Source of the DNA: Mobula hypostoma
Lineage: Eukaryota
Direction of reading: 5' to 3'
Length of the DNA: 64,000 nucleotides
Assembly (NCBI RefSeq): GCF_963921235.1
Contig: NC_086097.1
Span: 159,528,001-159,592,000 of the forward strand
Shown: piece by piece, positions 47,741 to 61,326 of the stretch
Layout of the letters: every line of letters starts with the position of its first letter
How positions within the stretch are numbered: the stretch's first letter is position 1
Notes under the pieces: generated by a model
The model's input: the letters and a program-made list of their open reading frames with translations, nothing else
The model's database searches: none
Told to the model about the DNA's origin: nothing
Position numbers and translations under genes: made by a program

Positions 47741-49379
47741 TATTAATTAATCCTCAGTAATTAATATTCCCAATATGGCAGGACCCCTTCAGTTCATTCT
47801 CACGAATCTCTAATTAACCCATTCAACTTTTCTGTAGTCCATTTATCCCCACCAAACCTACTTGCTTTAATTAACTTAATCGGTATCACTTTCCTCATAA
47901 ATTTATGAATCTATATTACTGGTCAGCAGAGTCTCATCTAATAGTATTCCTGAGAGCAAGACTAACCTTTGACTGTTTAGTTTCTTTAGTGTCATGCATC
48001 AGTGAGTTGTGTGAATAAGACAACCAAAAGGCTTTTTCTTCAATCATAGAGGTTGAAAGACTGAGAAATGAACAACAGAAGGACAAAACAGATGGTCATG
48101 TATATTGAGTGAACATGATGTCATATTGGACACACAAAAGAAATGGAAAGAAGCAATGTTAACAATTTTAGAACTTGAATATGCATTGCATACATTGGAA
48201 TATGCATTCTATAGAATGCATCATTGATTTTAGGAGATAGGGCAACTTATCACATAAATTTAATCTTTGAATACAGTAAACGAGCTCAAATAGAATGAAC
48301 CACCAAGTTACAAGGTTTGGCACTGGTAAGGTTTTGATGTCTGCATCATTCTGGTAGAAACATAAAATAACACCAGGCAGATGTAGAAATTTCTTCATTT
48401 TTCCTTACACTGAACCTAGCCATTTGAAAGGCAGCAGCTGGTGCCAGAGGAAAAGCAGCAAAGAGGTTTAGATGTTGAAGACCAAGAATGAAAATCTGCA
48501 GAGCATTTGGAGCAGGAAAAACTTGAAGATTGTCCATGCTTAGTATTCAGATCATCATCTCCTAGCTAAGTTGACAAGTTTGCCTTTCTCCACACAGTTT
48601 ATAAGAGACTCCCAAATACACAGAGTCTTTTCATAACTAGCTTGAAAAACATTTTGCTCCATTTCAAACAAAGTGATGCTCTCTACACTCTAGTCATACC
48701 AACTCTTAAAATATATATAATCAAGCAGGACATCTTACATGGCAATCCTTTGCACTCTGCTTTGTGTATCCACCTCTACTAACGTGTGAATCCTGGTTCC
48801 TATTACTGAAATGCTTTGCAGCAAAAATTCTATATTCCCTGATGAGTTGCACTTCCCTAAAGAACTCTAATTCTGCATGATTTACGTGAGAATCTCCACA
48901 CTGCAATCATAAGTTGAGGTTGAGAGCTGGAACACTTTGATCTGTTATGCAACATCAATGTTACTATTTCAAAATTACAGCTAATAGAACTGAAAGGAAT
49001 GCACATCATGATCTTTAGATCATAATGAGTGAGGAGATGCATTGATAGACTAATTCTTCAAACCATTAGAGTTCACATTCAGTCAGCAATGAGAAATCCC
49101 ACATACAACCTAAAAGGTTAAGAGGCTATTAGATGGCCATAAAAATATGCATGGAAGAGAGGAATATGGATCATGTACAGCCAGAAGAGAATTAGCTTAA
49201 TTGTACCTTGGTGTTTGGCACAGATTTTGTGGGCTGAAGGGCCTGTTCTTGTGTTGTACATTACTATAAAATGCCATCACTTTCTATAAAATGGAAGCGA
49301 GATTAATTCTCAGCCAGAATGTCAGTTGACCATTTCTAGGTGTACATTGGGAAAGAATTGATAAAGATTGACATTATAA

Positions 49380-49612
49380 TACAGTGGACTCTGAGACTTG
49401 TACACTTTGGTCCAATTAAGTGGCTACCCCATTTAACAGAAGTTTGATGGAAATAGTTAAAATGAGTTAAAAAAGACAAACTATCATCTAACTGAGTTAC
49501 AGATAATGCATTTAAATGAAACACAGAATAAGTTAGAACACTACCAAAATTACTACAGTACTATAAAACTGTGTATTAGTTCCTATTAGTTATCAATGGA
49601 GGATTCCATTCG
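49380..49612 (+). mobile_element. Possible Tc1/pogo-type MITE end
   Basis: Starts TA-CAGTGGACTC; only one terminus visible. Confidence 0.3.
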
Positions 49613-49614
49613 GT

Positions 49615-50605
49615 GTACATGGCCTCCTACGGGTTCTGCAAAATCTATGTGAATCCTCTGTCAGCGTTCTTCAGGCCATTCCCATGGATGCAAAGAAGCA
49701 AGCTGAGGAACATTTCTCACTTGCTGACAATGTGGGCATGCTTTGGCCTTCTCTTCAATGGCTACATCCAGTCCTGGCCCCAACAAGTAGCTCCATGCGA
49801 TTTCCTTCATGAACACCACACTAGTGTCTTGCATGTAGCTTGTTAAGCACGTGCTTTCTTACACAGTAGCCCCATAGTAAACATCCTGCTAGGACTGTGA
49901 GCTCCTCCCATCGGGCCTGGTATGGTTTTAATTCTATAGTTGGCTCTCCTTTCCATTCATGAGTTACCATGTCCACTACTTTACATAGAACAGGGTCAGT
50001 ACATGTGTGCTTCCAGAGTTGTGCCGCAGTTGTTAGAGCTTCAGGTGTTTCCTTGAAGTAAAAGGTCTCTTTTGGGATGGTTCTAGAGCTGTAACAGCTA
50101 TGGGAAGTCCGGATAGTGCATCAATATCCGAATGGTGCTCGGACCTCCTGTACTTTATGTGCAATAGTAACAGATCCCAACGATGCAGACAGGGAATGAA
50201 TGCTCATATGTGGACCAAACATTGATGTTAAGGGTTGATGATTTGTCAAGAGTATAAATCGTCGACCAAAGAGGAATTGATGGAATTTTTAACTCCAAAG
50301 ACAATTGCGAGTGCTTCCCGCTCGAACTAGGCATAGCGACTTTCTGCCATGCTTAATATCCTTGATGTGGTTGGTTACCGTTCACCCGACCGCATTATGT
50401 GTCAGATAATTGCCCCCGCACCACAGATTGATGCATCGTGGGCTAACTATATGCGCAATGGCAGGTTGAAATGTGTGAGTGCTTCAGATTGTGACAAAGC
50501 TTTAATGGCCTTTTTAAAAGCCTCTTCACAGTGATCTGTCCACTGCCAGGGTGTTGATTTATTTAAAAGCTCATGAAGTGGTTTCAGCATGCTAGCTAAG
50601 TGTTA
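49615..50605 (-). mobile_element. Decayed Mag-like Gypsy pol fragment (RT end, RNase H, integrase N-terminus)
   Basis: LASMLKPLHELL…WQWTDHC; EREALAIVFGVK; PGLDVAIEEKAKACPHCQ…HPWEWP…RIHIDFA. Confidence 0.8.
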
Positions 50606-50794
50606 GGTACGTGGGTTATGACCAAAGAAAAGAAATGTCTAGTGGAGCTTAGCACTTTAGTGCAAAGGTGTTTACTACATACATCAAAAATCAAACTTAT
50701 GAAAATTTGCAAAAATAGCAAAAGAAAACTTCCAATATTTACAAAAAGGATATCTATCAGAAAACACAGTAATAACTTTCTACTATTTTTGTCC

Positions 50795-53700
50795 AGGATC
50801 AGAATCAGGGTTAATATCACTGGCATATATCATGAAATTTGTTAACTTAGCAGCAGCAGTTCAATATACATGATAAATAGAAAAATAAATACATGAATTG
50901 CAGTAAATTATATATATATGTGTGTATATTAAATAATTAAATTAAGAATAGTGGTGGAAAATCAGAAATTAAAAATAAAATGAGCTAGTGTCCAAGGGTT
51001 CAATCTCCATGCAGAAATTGGATGGCAGACGGGAGGAAGCTGTTCCTGAACCGCTAAATGTGTGCCTTCAGGCTTCTGTACCACCTCCCTGATGGTAACA
51101 ATGAGAAGAGGGCATGTCCTGGGTGATGGAGGTCCTTAATAATGGACACCACCTTTCTGAGCCTCTGTTGCTTGAAGATGTCTTGGATACTATTGAGGCA
51201 AGTAAACAATTTTACACTGACTAATTTTACACTTTTCTGCAGCTTCTTTTGATCCTGTAATGTAGCATTCCCCCCCTCCCCCGCCCCCCCCCCCCACCAT
51301 ACCAGCCTGATGCAGCCTGTCAAAATGCTGCCCATGGTACATGTGTAGATGTTATCGAGTGTCTTAGGTGACAAACCAAATGTCCTCAAACTCCTGACAA
51401 AATATAGCCACTGTCTTGCCTTCTTTATAGCTGCATTGGTGTGTTGGGACCAGGTTAGATCCTCAGAGATGTTGACATCTAGGAACTTGAAGCTGTTCGC
51501 TGTCTCCACTTCTAATCCCTCTATGATTATAGGTTTGTGTTTTCTCATCTTGCCCTTTCTGAATTCCATAATCAGCTCTTTATTCTTCCTGAAGTTGAGG
51601 GCAAAGTTGTTACTACCACACCACTCAACTAGCTGCTATATCTCACTCCAATACGCCCTTTCATCTCCACCTGAGAATCTGCCAACAATGGTCGTATCAC
51701 CAGCAAATTTATAGATGTCACTTAAGTGATGTCTAGCCATAAAGTCATGGGTACAGAGAGAGTAGAGCAGTGGCCTAAGCACACACCCCTGAGGTGCACC
51801 AGTGTTGATTGTCAGTGAGAAGGAGATGTTATCACCAATCCGCACAGATTGTGGCCTTCTGGTCAGGAAGTTGACAGTCCAGTTGCAGAGAGAGGTACAG
51901 AGGCCCGGCTTCTGTATCTTTTTGATCAGGACTATAGGAATGATGGTGTTAAATGCTGAGCTATAGTCAATGAACAGTATCCTGTCAGAGGTGTTTGTAT
52001 TGTCCAGGTGACCTAAGGCTACTTGAAGAGCCATTGAGATTGCATCTGCCATAGACCTATTGCAGTGGGTCTAGCTCCCTGCTGAGACAGGAGTCAATTT
52101 TAGCCATGACCAACCTCTCAAAGTATTTCATTACCATAGATGTGAGTGCTACTGGATGACAGTCATGAAGGAGGATCACAATACTCTTCTTGGGCACTAG
52201 TATAATTGTTGCCCCTTTGAAACAGGGGGGAACTTCCAAATGTAGCAGTGAGAGGCTAAAAATGTCTTTGAATACTCTTGCCAGTTGGTTGACACAATTT
52301 TTAGAGCCTTACCAGATATTCCATTGGGTCTTGCTGCCTTGTGAGTGTTCACCCACTTGAAAGATAGGCTAACATCGGCCTTTGAGACAGAAGTCACAGA
52401 GTCACCAGATTTAGCAGGGATCATCACAGCTGTGGTTATGTTCTCCCTCACAAAGCAGGCATAGCGGGTGTTGAGTTCATCCGGTAGTGAAGCATTACTG
52501 CAGTTCATGATGTTGGGTTTCGCTTTGAAGGAAGTAACAGCCTGCAAACCCTGCCAGAGTTGAAGTGCATCCGATGTTGCCTCCAACCTCATTCGGAATT
52601 GTTTCTTCACTCTTAAAATAGCCCTTTGCAAGTCATACCTGGTTTTCTTGTACAGACCTGGGTCACCGAAGTTAATGAAGTGTTGCAGATTTAGTTGTCA
52701 CAGTCCGATCCGTTGACTCCTCATTTCAGTTAATTTCCTTTTCCCCGTGTTCCACTGGGCTTCTTGATTAGGGCAGTATAAAAACTCTGGCTTACATCTA
52801 CTCGCTGCTGCTTCGTCACCATAGCCAGTGTGGTTATACTCGTCCCAGAGCTGCCGAGAATCGTGGACTCTAAGTTGCTTCAATGCCCGTGGCTGCTTAG
52901 TGAATTCAGTCCTTTCCGTGTCCAGCTGAGTTGCTGGCTGTTTTGCCATTACTCCGAGTAAAGATGCGAATTCTGTCATTTTCATGTCCGGCTGAGTTTT
53001 GCTGTCTGATTGCCACCACTCTGAGCCAAGATACAAATGGACTGTCATTGTTCGGTTTTTGTTATCTCGTTTCCAGCTGAGTAGGTCTGGCCATTTGCTG
53101 CTACTCCGAGTTGGGAATTCTGTCTCTTTGTGTCCAACTAAGTGATTGCTGGCCGTTTGCCACTTCATGAGCTAGTCCGTGTCAACATTTGTATTGTCAG
53201 TCATTGGTTGGTTTAGCCGTCACATTTCCAGTTGAGTAGGCCCGGCCATTTGCCACTGCTCCAAGTTGGGAAATCTGTCTCTTCGTGTCCAGCTGAGTGA
53301 TTGCCGGCTGTTTGCTGCTTCATGAGCTACCCAGTGTCAAGATATGGATTGTCTGTTGTTTGGTTTGGTCGCCTCATTTCCAGCAGAGTAGGTCTGGCTG
53401 CTTGCCGCTACTCCGAGTTGGGTATTCTGTTTCTCTGTGTCCAAGTCCAGTCTCGAGTCCAAGTCCAGGCTCCGGGTCCAAGTTCAAGTCCAAGTCCAGG
53501 TGCTGGGTCCAAGTCCAAGTACAGGCTCTGTGTCCAAGCTCCTCCTGGTTGTTGTCCCGCATCCTCGTCCATGTAAGCATTCTATCCTCGCTCCCCAGAT
53601 TTCCTGGCAACTATTATTAAACACACTTCTGTTAATGCTACTTACCTGTCTGTGCCCTGCCCTTGGGTCCGCTCCCTACACCCCATTGTAACACCAGCCC

Positions 53701-54475
53701 TCAGCAGACGATGCGCTTCTTGGTTCATCCATGGCTTTTGGTTTGGGAATGTACAAGTCTTTGTAGGTACACACTCATCCACACAGGTTTTAAGGAAGTC
53801 GGTAACAACTGCTTCATACTCATCCAGACTCGCAGATGACTCCCTGAACACAGTCCAGTCCACCATTCAAAGTAGTCCTGTAAGCGCTCCTGTGCTTCCC
53901 TTGTCCATACCCTCTTGCTCCTCATTACTGGTGCTGCAGTCTTCAGTCTCTGCCTGTACTCAAGGAGTAGAAGTACAGCCAGGTGATTAGACTTCCTGAA
54001 GTGAGGACGTGGAATTGTGCGGTAAGCACTCTTGATCTTGGTGTAACAGTGGTCCAGTGTGTTGTTTCCTCTGGTACTATAAGGAATTTGTTGATGGTAG
54101 TTATTTGGTGACTTTATCAAGCTTGCCTGGTTAAAATCCCGCAGAATAATGGGGAAGGTATTAGAGTGTGCTGTTTCATGCCTCTTGATTACATTGCTCA
54201 GATCGTCCAGAGCCTGTTTGACATTGGCCTGAGGTGGAATTTTCACCAATACCAAAATAGTTGCTGAAATCTCCCGCAACAGGTAAAATGGATGATACTT
54301 CACTGTGAGATATTCCAGGTCTAGAGAGCAGAATTGGGACAACACTGATACATTTGTTGATCATGAGGCATACACTACCTCCTCTGCTTCTGAGAGACTC
54401 AACTGATATACCTGATGGTGTATAGTAAACCCATCAATCTGAATCGCTGCATCCAGTGTGGAAGGAGTTAATCAG
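50795..54475 (-). mobile_element. Rex1/Babar LINE (APE-RT, decayed) interrupted by a solo LTR
   Basis: [37 protein letters not shown]; (TCTGAT)n-like tail at ~50795. Confidence 0.85.
52696..53693 (+). mobile_element. Solo LTR with internal tandem repeats
   Basis: TGTCACA…TGTAACA; tataaaa and attaaa motifs; repeated ccagctgagt…ctccgagttggg units and (CCAAGT)n; Rex1 resumes on both sides; TSD degenerate. Confidence 0.7.
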
Positions 54476-55174
54476 TGTAAACTCCTGGCAGCCACTATCT
54501 CTCTCTCCCACTGACAGTGAAGAAGCCTGTTCATTAGGCACCAGGACATACTGTCTTTAATTACCCACAGAGTTAACTTAAGATCACACCTGAATTACAA
54601 TATAACACATCCTACAATGTAGTTACAATTATATTACAAAAAATGTTACCTGTACAGTATAGAAACAACATATACACATTTACACATCCCCATTACTAAA
54701 CAATGGAATATTCTGCCGTTTGTGGCAAGAAAGGCAGCAGGAAGTGGATCCGAGTGCATCAGCTTGGTTTCGGACCCATTATGAGAATATATTGGGGGAG
54801 ACATTAAGTCCATACACTCAGCACAGCAACAGCAGAATGACAAGGCAATGTTTGTGTACGTAAATGTATGTGTGTGTAAGGAGTGCATTTATTGAGTACC
54901 TCTGTCACACTAGATCAGGAACAAATTTTGCGTAATGTGTTTATTTTAGTCCTAAGAAAGATCTTATTTGAATTGCATTCTGTGGTGATGGAGCCTCCTC
55001 ACCTGCCTTCACCTTTGGTGCCTTGTGAATCCCCGTTTTATCAATCACATAACCCAAATATTCAATCAAAGGTCAAAGGAGCTCACATTTATCCTTCGGG
55101 AGTCTTTGTCCATGTATTGCTTGAGTCATTGCAGTGTGGCATGCAAGTTTTGTAGGTGGTCATGCTCATTCACA

Positions 55175-55795
55175 GTATACAAGAGCAAGGATATGATGCT
55201 GAGGCTTTATAAGGTACTGGTGAGGACTCACCCTGAGTATTGTGAGCAGTTTTGGGCTCCTCATTGAAGAAAATATGTATTGGCATTAGAGAGGGTTCAG
55301 AGGAGGTTCACAGGGATGATCCCGGGAATGAAAGGGTTATCACATAGGGAATGTTTGTTGGCTCTGAGTCTCCACCCGCTGGAATTTAGAAGGATGGGTG
55401 GTGGGTGGGGGATCTCATTGAAACCTTTCAAATGTTTAAAGGCCTAGACAGAGTAGATGTGGAAAGGATGTTTCCCATGTGGGTGAGTCTAGGACAAGAG
55501 GGCACAGCCTCAAGATAGTGGCATCCATTTACAACAGAGATCTGGAGAAATTTCTTTACCCAGAGGGTGTTGAATTTGTTGAATTTATTACCACAGGCAG
55601 CTATGGAGGTCAGGACTCTGGGTGTATTTAAGACAAGCTTAATAGATTCTTGATTGGACATGGCATCAAAGGTTACAGGGAGAAAGCTGGGGAGTGAGGC
55701 TGAGGATGAGAAAAAAGGGATCAGCCATGAGTCAATGGCGAAGCAGACTCAATGGGCTAAGTGGCCCTCATGCTGCTCCTGTGCCTGATGGTCTT
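55175..55795 (+). mobile_element. CR1 3' end
   Basis: YKSKDMMLRLYKVLVRTHPEYCEQFWAPH followed by the 3' UTR. Confidence 0.85.
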
Positions 55796-57056
55796 TTCCA
55801 AGTCATGAGTTAGTCATTCAAATAGACTTGCACCCCGTCAATCTGCTCAGGATCTGCTCCATCAATTGCTGAAAAAGAGCAGGATCTGAGGTGATGCTGA
55901 ACAGAAGCCTCTGGTATCTCAACATTCCATTGTGAGTCACTATGTTCAGTAGTTCCTGTGACTCTGGCTCCACATGCATCTGCAAGTACGTTTGACACAA
56001 GTCAACCTTGCTAAATATCTGTCCTCTGGCCAATCCTGCAAAAACGTCATCAATGAGGGTAAGAGAGTATTGTTCAGATGTAAGAACTGTATTAGTGGTT
56101 ACTTTGAAGTCTCCATAAAGCCTTAAAGACCCATCCCTTTCTAGGAAAAGAACCATTGGAATTGCCCATTTACTTACACACAATGGTTCCAATACCTTAC
56201 TCCTGAACAAGTCTTTCCAATTCAGCATCTACCTTTGGTTTGGGGTCATATGGAATCAGTTTTGTCTTCAAGCATTTGGGTATTGTGTCAGGCTTAACAG
56301 CCAGTTTAACAGTCATCCCTTTTATACTGTCCAGTTCTCCGCTGAATACTTCTACATGTTTCTTCAATACCTCTTGTAGACCGGTGCTCTCATCAATCAA
56401 GTGCACCATGTCCGAATTGATTTTGAGCTGCTCCAACCACGAGCAGCCCAGAAGTGCTGGATAACAAGCTATAACATTGGAAGTTTCTATCTCTGTTTGT
56501 TAGTCCCACTGTAACGTGTACCGCTCCCCTCATTGAAACAACCTCGCCAGTGTAAGTCTTTAAAGCCAACCTTGCTCCTTCTGGGGTAAGAAGCTGCAAT
56601 TTCTCCTAAAACCATTTCTGACACCAGGGATACTGTAGTCCTGAGTCCTCACTGTGGTGCCATCCAACCATAGGATCATTGAATATCCGTTGTTACATCC
56701 TGAATCAAATTAACTATGCAAAGCATCTTCAACCTCAGAGTGAGAGTCACTCAGTTCATCCTCAGTATGCTCCATCTTGTTTACATGTTTCTTTGTGTTT
56801 TTCCAAAACTAATTTTTTTCTTAGCAGGTTCTATTATATTGCATAATAAATTAAACATTCTTGCACCTATCAGAGTCAGAAAAGTTGGAACATAGGCATA
56901 ATCAGAAATTTGATTTGCTAGTGCAAAATATTCAAACTTTGCAGCATTTGAAATCCATTGTTCTGTTGTTTTGACATATGGCCCCATACTTCAGAAAACT
57001 GTCACCATTTTCAAACACAATCACGTTCCAGAAAAGTTAACTAGTCTTATCCATAT

Positions 57057-58325
57057 GACCATAAGATACAGGAGCAGTAGTAGGCCATTCGGCCAATCAA
57101 GTCTGCTCCGCCATTCAATCATGGGCTGATCCAATTCTTCCAATCATCCCCAATCCCCTGCCTTCTCCCCATACCCTTTGATGCCCTGGCTAATCAAGAA
57201 ATTATCTATCTCTGCCTTAAATGCACCCAATGACTTGGTCTCCACAGCAACTCGTAGCAACAAAGTCCACAGATTTACCACTATCTGACTAAAGTAATTT
57301 CTCCGTATCTCTGTTCCAAATGGACGTCCTTCAATCCTGAAGTCGTGCCCTCTTGTCCAAGACTCTCCTACCATGGGAAATAACTTTGCCATATCTAATC
57401 TGTTCAGGCCTTTTAACATTCGGAATGTTTCTATGAGATCCCCCCTCATTCTCCTGAACTGCAGGGAATATAGCCCATAAGCTGCCAGACGTTCCACATA
57501 GGGTAATCTTTTCATTCCTGGAATCATTCTCGTGAATCTTCTCTGAACCCTCTCCAATGTCAATACGTCCTTTCGAAAATAAGAACCCCAAAACTGCACA
57601 CAATACTCCAAGTGTGGTCTCACATGTGCCTTATAGTGCCAACATTGCATTCGCCTTCTTCACCACTGACTCAGCCTGGAGGTTAATCTTTAGGTAGTTC
57701 CATGGGCTGTTATCTTGCTAAGCAGCCTCACGTGAGGCACCTTGTCAGAGGCCTTCTGAAAATCCAAGTACAGCACATCTACTGCATCTCATTTGTCTAT
57801 CCTGCCTGTAATTTCCTCAAAAAATTTTAGTAGGTTAGTCAGGCAGGAATTTCCTTTCAGAAAACCATGCTGGCTTTGGCCTATCTTGTCATGTGCCTCC
57901 AGGTACTGCATAATCTCATCCCTAACAATTGATTCCAACAACTTCCCAACCACTGATGTCAGGCTAACAGGTCTATAGTTTCCTTTCTGCTGTCTCCCAC
58001 CCTTCTTAAATAGCGGAATAACATTTGCAATTTTCCAGTCATCCGGTACAATGTCAGATTCTTGGAAGATCATTGTTAATGTCTCTGCAATCTCTCCAGC
58101 TACTTCTTTCAGAATCCAAGGGTGTATTCCATCGGGTCCAGGAGGTTTATCCACCCTCAGACCATTAAGCTTTCCGAGCACCAACTCAGTCATAATTTTC
58201 ACTGCACATACTTCACTTCCCTGACCCTCTTGAATGTCTGGTATACTACAGATGTCTTCCACTGTGAAGACTGATGCAAAATATGCATTCAGTTCCTCTA
58301 CCATCTCTGTTTCTCTCATTACATC
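57057..58325 (-). mobile_element. CR1 LINE, internally deleted, relatively young
   Basis: PGPDGIHPWILKEVA…NYRPVSLTSVVGKLLE; RPHLEYCVQFW…RMRGDLIETF. Confidence 0.9.
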
Positions 58326-58738
58326 CATCTCTCTCCCCCTCTCTTATTTCTTTTATTTAATTGTCCTGTTCTCATTTGTCCCCTAGGATCTTTCTGTCAC
58401 CTTGCTTCCTGCAGCCACGTTGCACTGTGATATACCAACAGCATTGCACATGAACTTTTCTTGCCAATATTAACAAAACAAAAATGTTGCATGAAAACTT
58501 GACACCTTGTTATGTTTGTGGTACTGGGAAGCCGGGTGGCCATGAATAATACACACAAGAGACAGAGAAGAGAGGAACAAAACGGTGCTGCTTTTAATTT
58601 TATTTGTAAGTCATCTACCCAGAATGCTCTCTCTCATTATGTTCAGTACATAACACATAGGGAAGTTTGACAACAAACTGTAAGGGTCAAAATATGAATG
58701 AATGTATAGTATAACACAAAGTACATTACCTCACACTT

Positions 58739-59674
58739 CAGGAATTCTGCAGATGCTGGAAATTCAAGCAACACACATCAAAGTTGCTGGTGAACGCAGC
58801 AGGCCAGGCAGCATCTATAGGAAGAGGCGCAGTCGACGTTTCAGGCCGAGACCCTTCGTCAGGACTAACTGAAGGAAGAGTGAGTAAGGGATTTGAAAGC
58901 TGGAGGGGGAGGGGGAGATGCAAAATGATAGGAGAAGACAGGAGGGGGAGGGATAGAGCCGAGAGCTGGACAGGTGATAGGCAAAAGGGGATACGAGAGG
59001 ATCATGGGACAGGAGGTCCGGGAAGAAAGACAGGTGGGGGGGGGGGTGACCCAGAGTATGGGCAAGAGGTATATTCAGAGGGACAGAGGGAGAAAAAGGA
59101 GAGTGAGAGAAAGAATGTGTGCATAAAAATGAGTAATAGCTGGGGTACGAGGGGGAGGTGGGGCCTAGTGGAAGTTAGAGAAGTCAATGTTCATGCCATC
59201 AGGTTGGAGGAACAACACCTTATATTCCGTCTGGGTAGCCTCCAACCTGATGGCATGAACATTGACTTCTCTAACTTCCGCTAGGCCCCACCTCCCCCTC
59301 GTACCCCAGCTGTTACTCATTTTTATGCACACATTCTTTCTCTCACTCTCCTTTTTCTCCCTCTGTCCCTCTGAATATACCTCTTGCCCATCCTCTGGGT
59401 CACCCCTCCCCCGTCTTTCTTCCCGGACCTCCTGTCCCATGATCCTCTCGTATCCCCTTTTCCCTATCACCTGTCCAGCTCTCGGCTCTATCCCTCCCCC
59501 TCCTGTCTTCTCCTATCATTTTGCATCTCCCCCTCCCCCTCCAGCTTTCAAATCCCTTACTCACTCTTCCTTCAGTTAGTCCTGACGAAGGGTCTCGGCC
59601 TGAAACGTCGACTGCGCCTCTTCCTATAGATGCTGCCTGGCCTGCTGCGTTCACCAGCAACTTTGATGTGTGTT
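58739..59674. mobile_element. Penelope-like element with inverted pLTRs (hairpin)
   Basis: Arms 58770-59210 and 59239-59674, near-identical; LEEQHLIFRLGSLQPDGMNIDFSNFR; flanking repeat (tt)acctcacactt. Confidence 0.9.
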
Positions 59675-59896
59675 ACCTCACACTTGCCTGGATTAAATTA
59701 CATCTATGGCCACTCCATCGAATGTTTTAAATTATCTAGGTCTTACTCTACTTTGAGTTCAACTTCTTTGTCATCTTTGACTCCACTATTTTGGTGTCAT
59801 CTGGAAACTTACTAAACAAATCATCAACATTCTCATCCAAGTCATATATTATATAAATAATAAATTTCCCAGCAGTAATTCCACTTACTACAGATT

Positions 59897-60552
59897 CCGC
59901 TTTAAGATGGTGCTAGTGAATCTCAGCGACTTCTGGCTCACTACTAACTAAACAAGGAAATCAACTAAATAATTTGTAAATCACACTTTTTCTGGCAAAC
60001 GATCGCTGCAAGAGATAGACTAACTTTCCTTTGGGCTTGGAAGCAACTTGATATGGTGGAACTGAAGCGAGGTGAGGCAGCGAGCCAGTCACCGAGAGTA
60101 AGGAGGACCCGAGGTTCGATCAATTAAAGTGCCTTGCCAAATCGGAGTAGTTGGGAACAGGCTGAATTGAGGTCGCAGGGTCTAGTTCCCAGAGTATCGT
60201 GCTTATTAAACCTGATGTTTGGATGTTGATTTAGACGCCGGGCCACAATGAAAAGTTCAGGGTGTCAGGGTCCGAGGTGATGGACAGACAGATTCAGTTT
60301 GCTGCTCCACATCATTTACTCAGCTCTGTGCTGAACTTTGGGTCTCAAACTGTCTTTTTGGACTTCAGTTCAGTACGCTATTTGCTTGCAGTTATTGTTT
60401 GCATGTTTTTGTTTTCTCTCTGCACATTGGGTGTTCTACGGTCTTCTTTCTTTTTTAATGGGTTCTTTGCGTTTCTTTGTTTCGTGACTGCCTGTTAGGA
60501 GATGAATCTCAAGGCTGTATAATGTATAGATAATAAATGTACTTTGAACCTT
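59897..60552 (+). mobile_element. Non-coding non-autonomous retroposon (AAGATGG start, ACTTTGAAC tail)
   Basis: 3' ~130 bp resembles the 3' end of 3897-4769. Confidence 0.6.
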
Positions 60553-61074
60553 AATGAATCATCCACCACAATCTTTTGCCTCCTTTCACACAAAGCCCAA
60601 TTTAGATCCAGTCTGTCAATTCTTGATATCTTGTGCCTTAACTTTCTGGCCCATCTGGTGGGTCCTTGTTAAGATCCTTACAAGCCTTATAAATTGTGTT
60701 TACCAATCTGCCTTAATTGCTTGTCAATACGATATATGAGGAGAAGATACTTCACTTGATGGAGAACCTAGAACCACAGAGGTTATGCATGAAATAAAAT
60801 CAGATTAGCAGCTAAATCTCTACAAATCCTGATGTGAGAATGCCAACTTTACATGAACCAGAAGAGAAATGAAACAGTAATATCGTGGCTTACAATGAGT
60901 GAATGATTAAATAGAGTTTGAATAAGCCACACCTGGACTAAGTTTTAGTTTACTGTACTCTTTGTCTATAATATCAGATGACCTCTTATTGAAGCAGGGA
61001 TCTGGGGGCATGCAATGAAGTCCACTACAGAGCAGATAGTGGAAGCATTTTAACAGTCTTTCCAAGCTGTGAAT

Positions 61075-61326
61075 TCTTGGGGTGTCAGAGTTCAGAGTTC
61101 AACTTCGACATCATCTGTAAGGAGTATTGTATGTTCTCCCTGTGGAACGTGTAGGTTTTCTCCGGGTGCTCTGGTTTTCTCCCACAGTCCAAAGATTCAC
61201 TGCTTGGTCATAATAAATTGTCCCATGATTAGGCTAGGGTTAAATCAGGGGTTGCTGGGTGGCATGGTTCAAAAAGCTAGAAGGACCTATTCCATTCTGT
61301 ATATCAATAAAATAAAGTAAATAAAA
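61075..61326 (+). mobile_element. HE1/V-SINE-like SINE
   Basis: V-domain-like ggttttctccgggtgctctggttttctcccacagtccaaag; CR1-like tail gaaggacctattcc; A-rich end. Confidence 0.75.

Larger units (their letters stand above)
54900..58716 (-). mobile_element. Decayed Mag-like Gypsy (putative 5' LTR 58509-58716, gag ~57010-56780, protease, RT) split by two CR1 insertions
   Basis: MGPYVKTTEQW…FEYFALAN gag; LKTYTGE; DGSLRLYGDFKVT…FSKVDL…PALFQQLMEQIL; IEYLGYVID remnant at ~55050. Confidence 0.7.

Noticed and set aside
58784..59660. Mirror-image ORFs on both strands
   Set aside because: A by-product of the Penelope inverted repeat; only the GIY-YIG C-terminal peptide is meaningful
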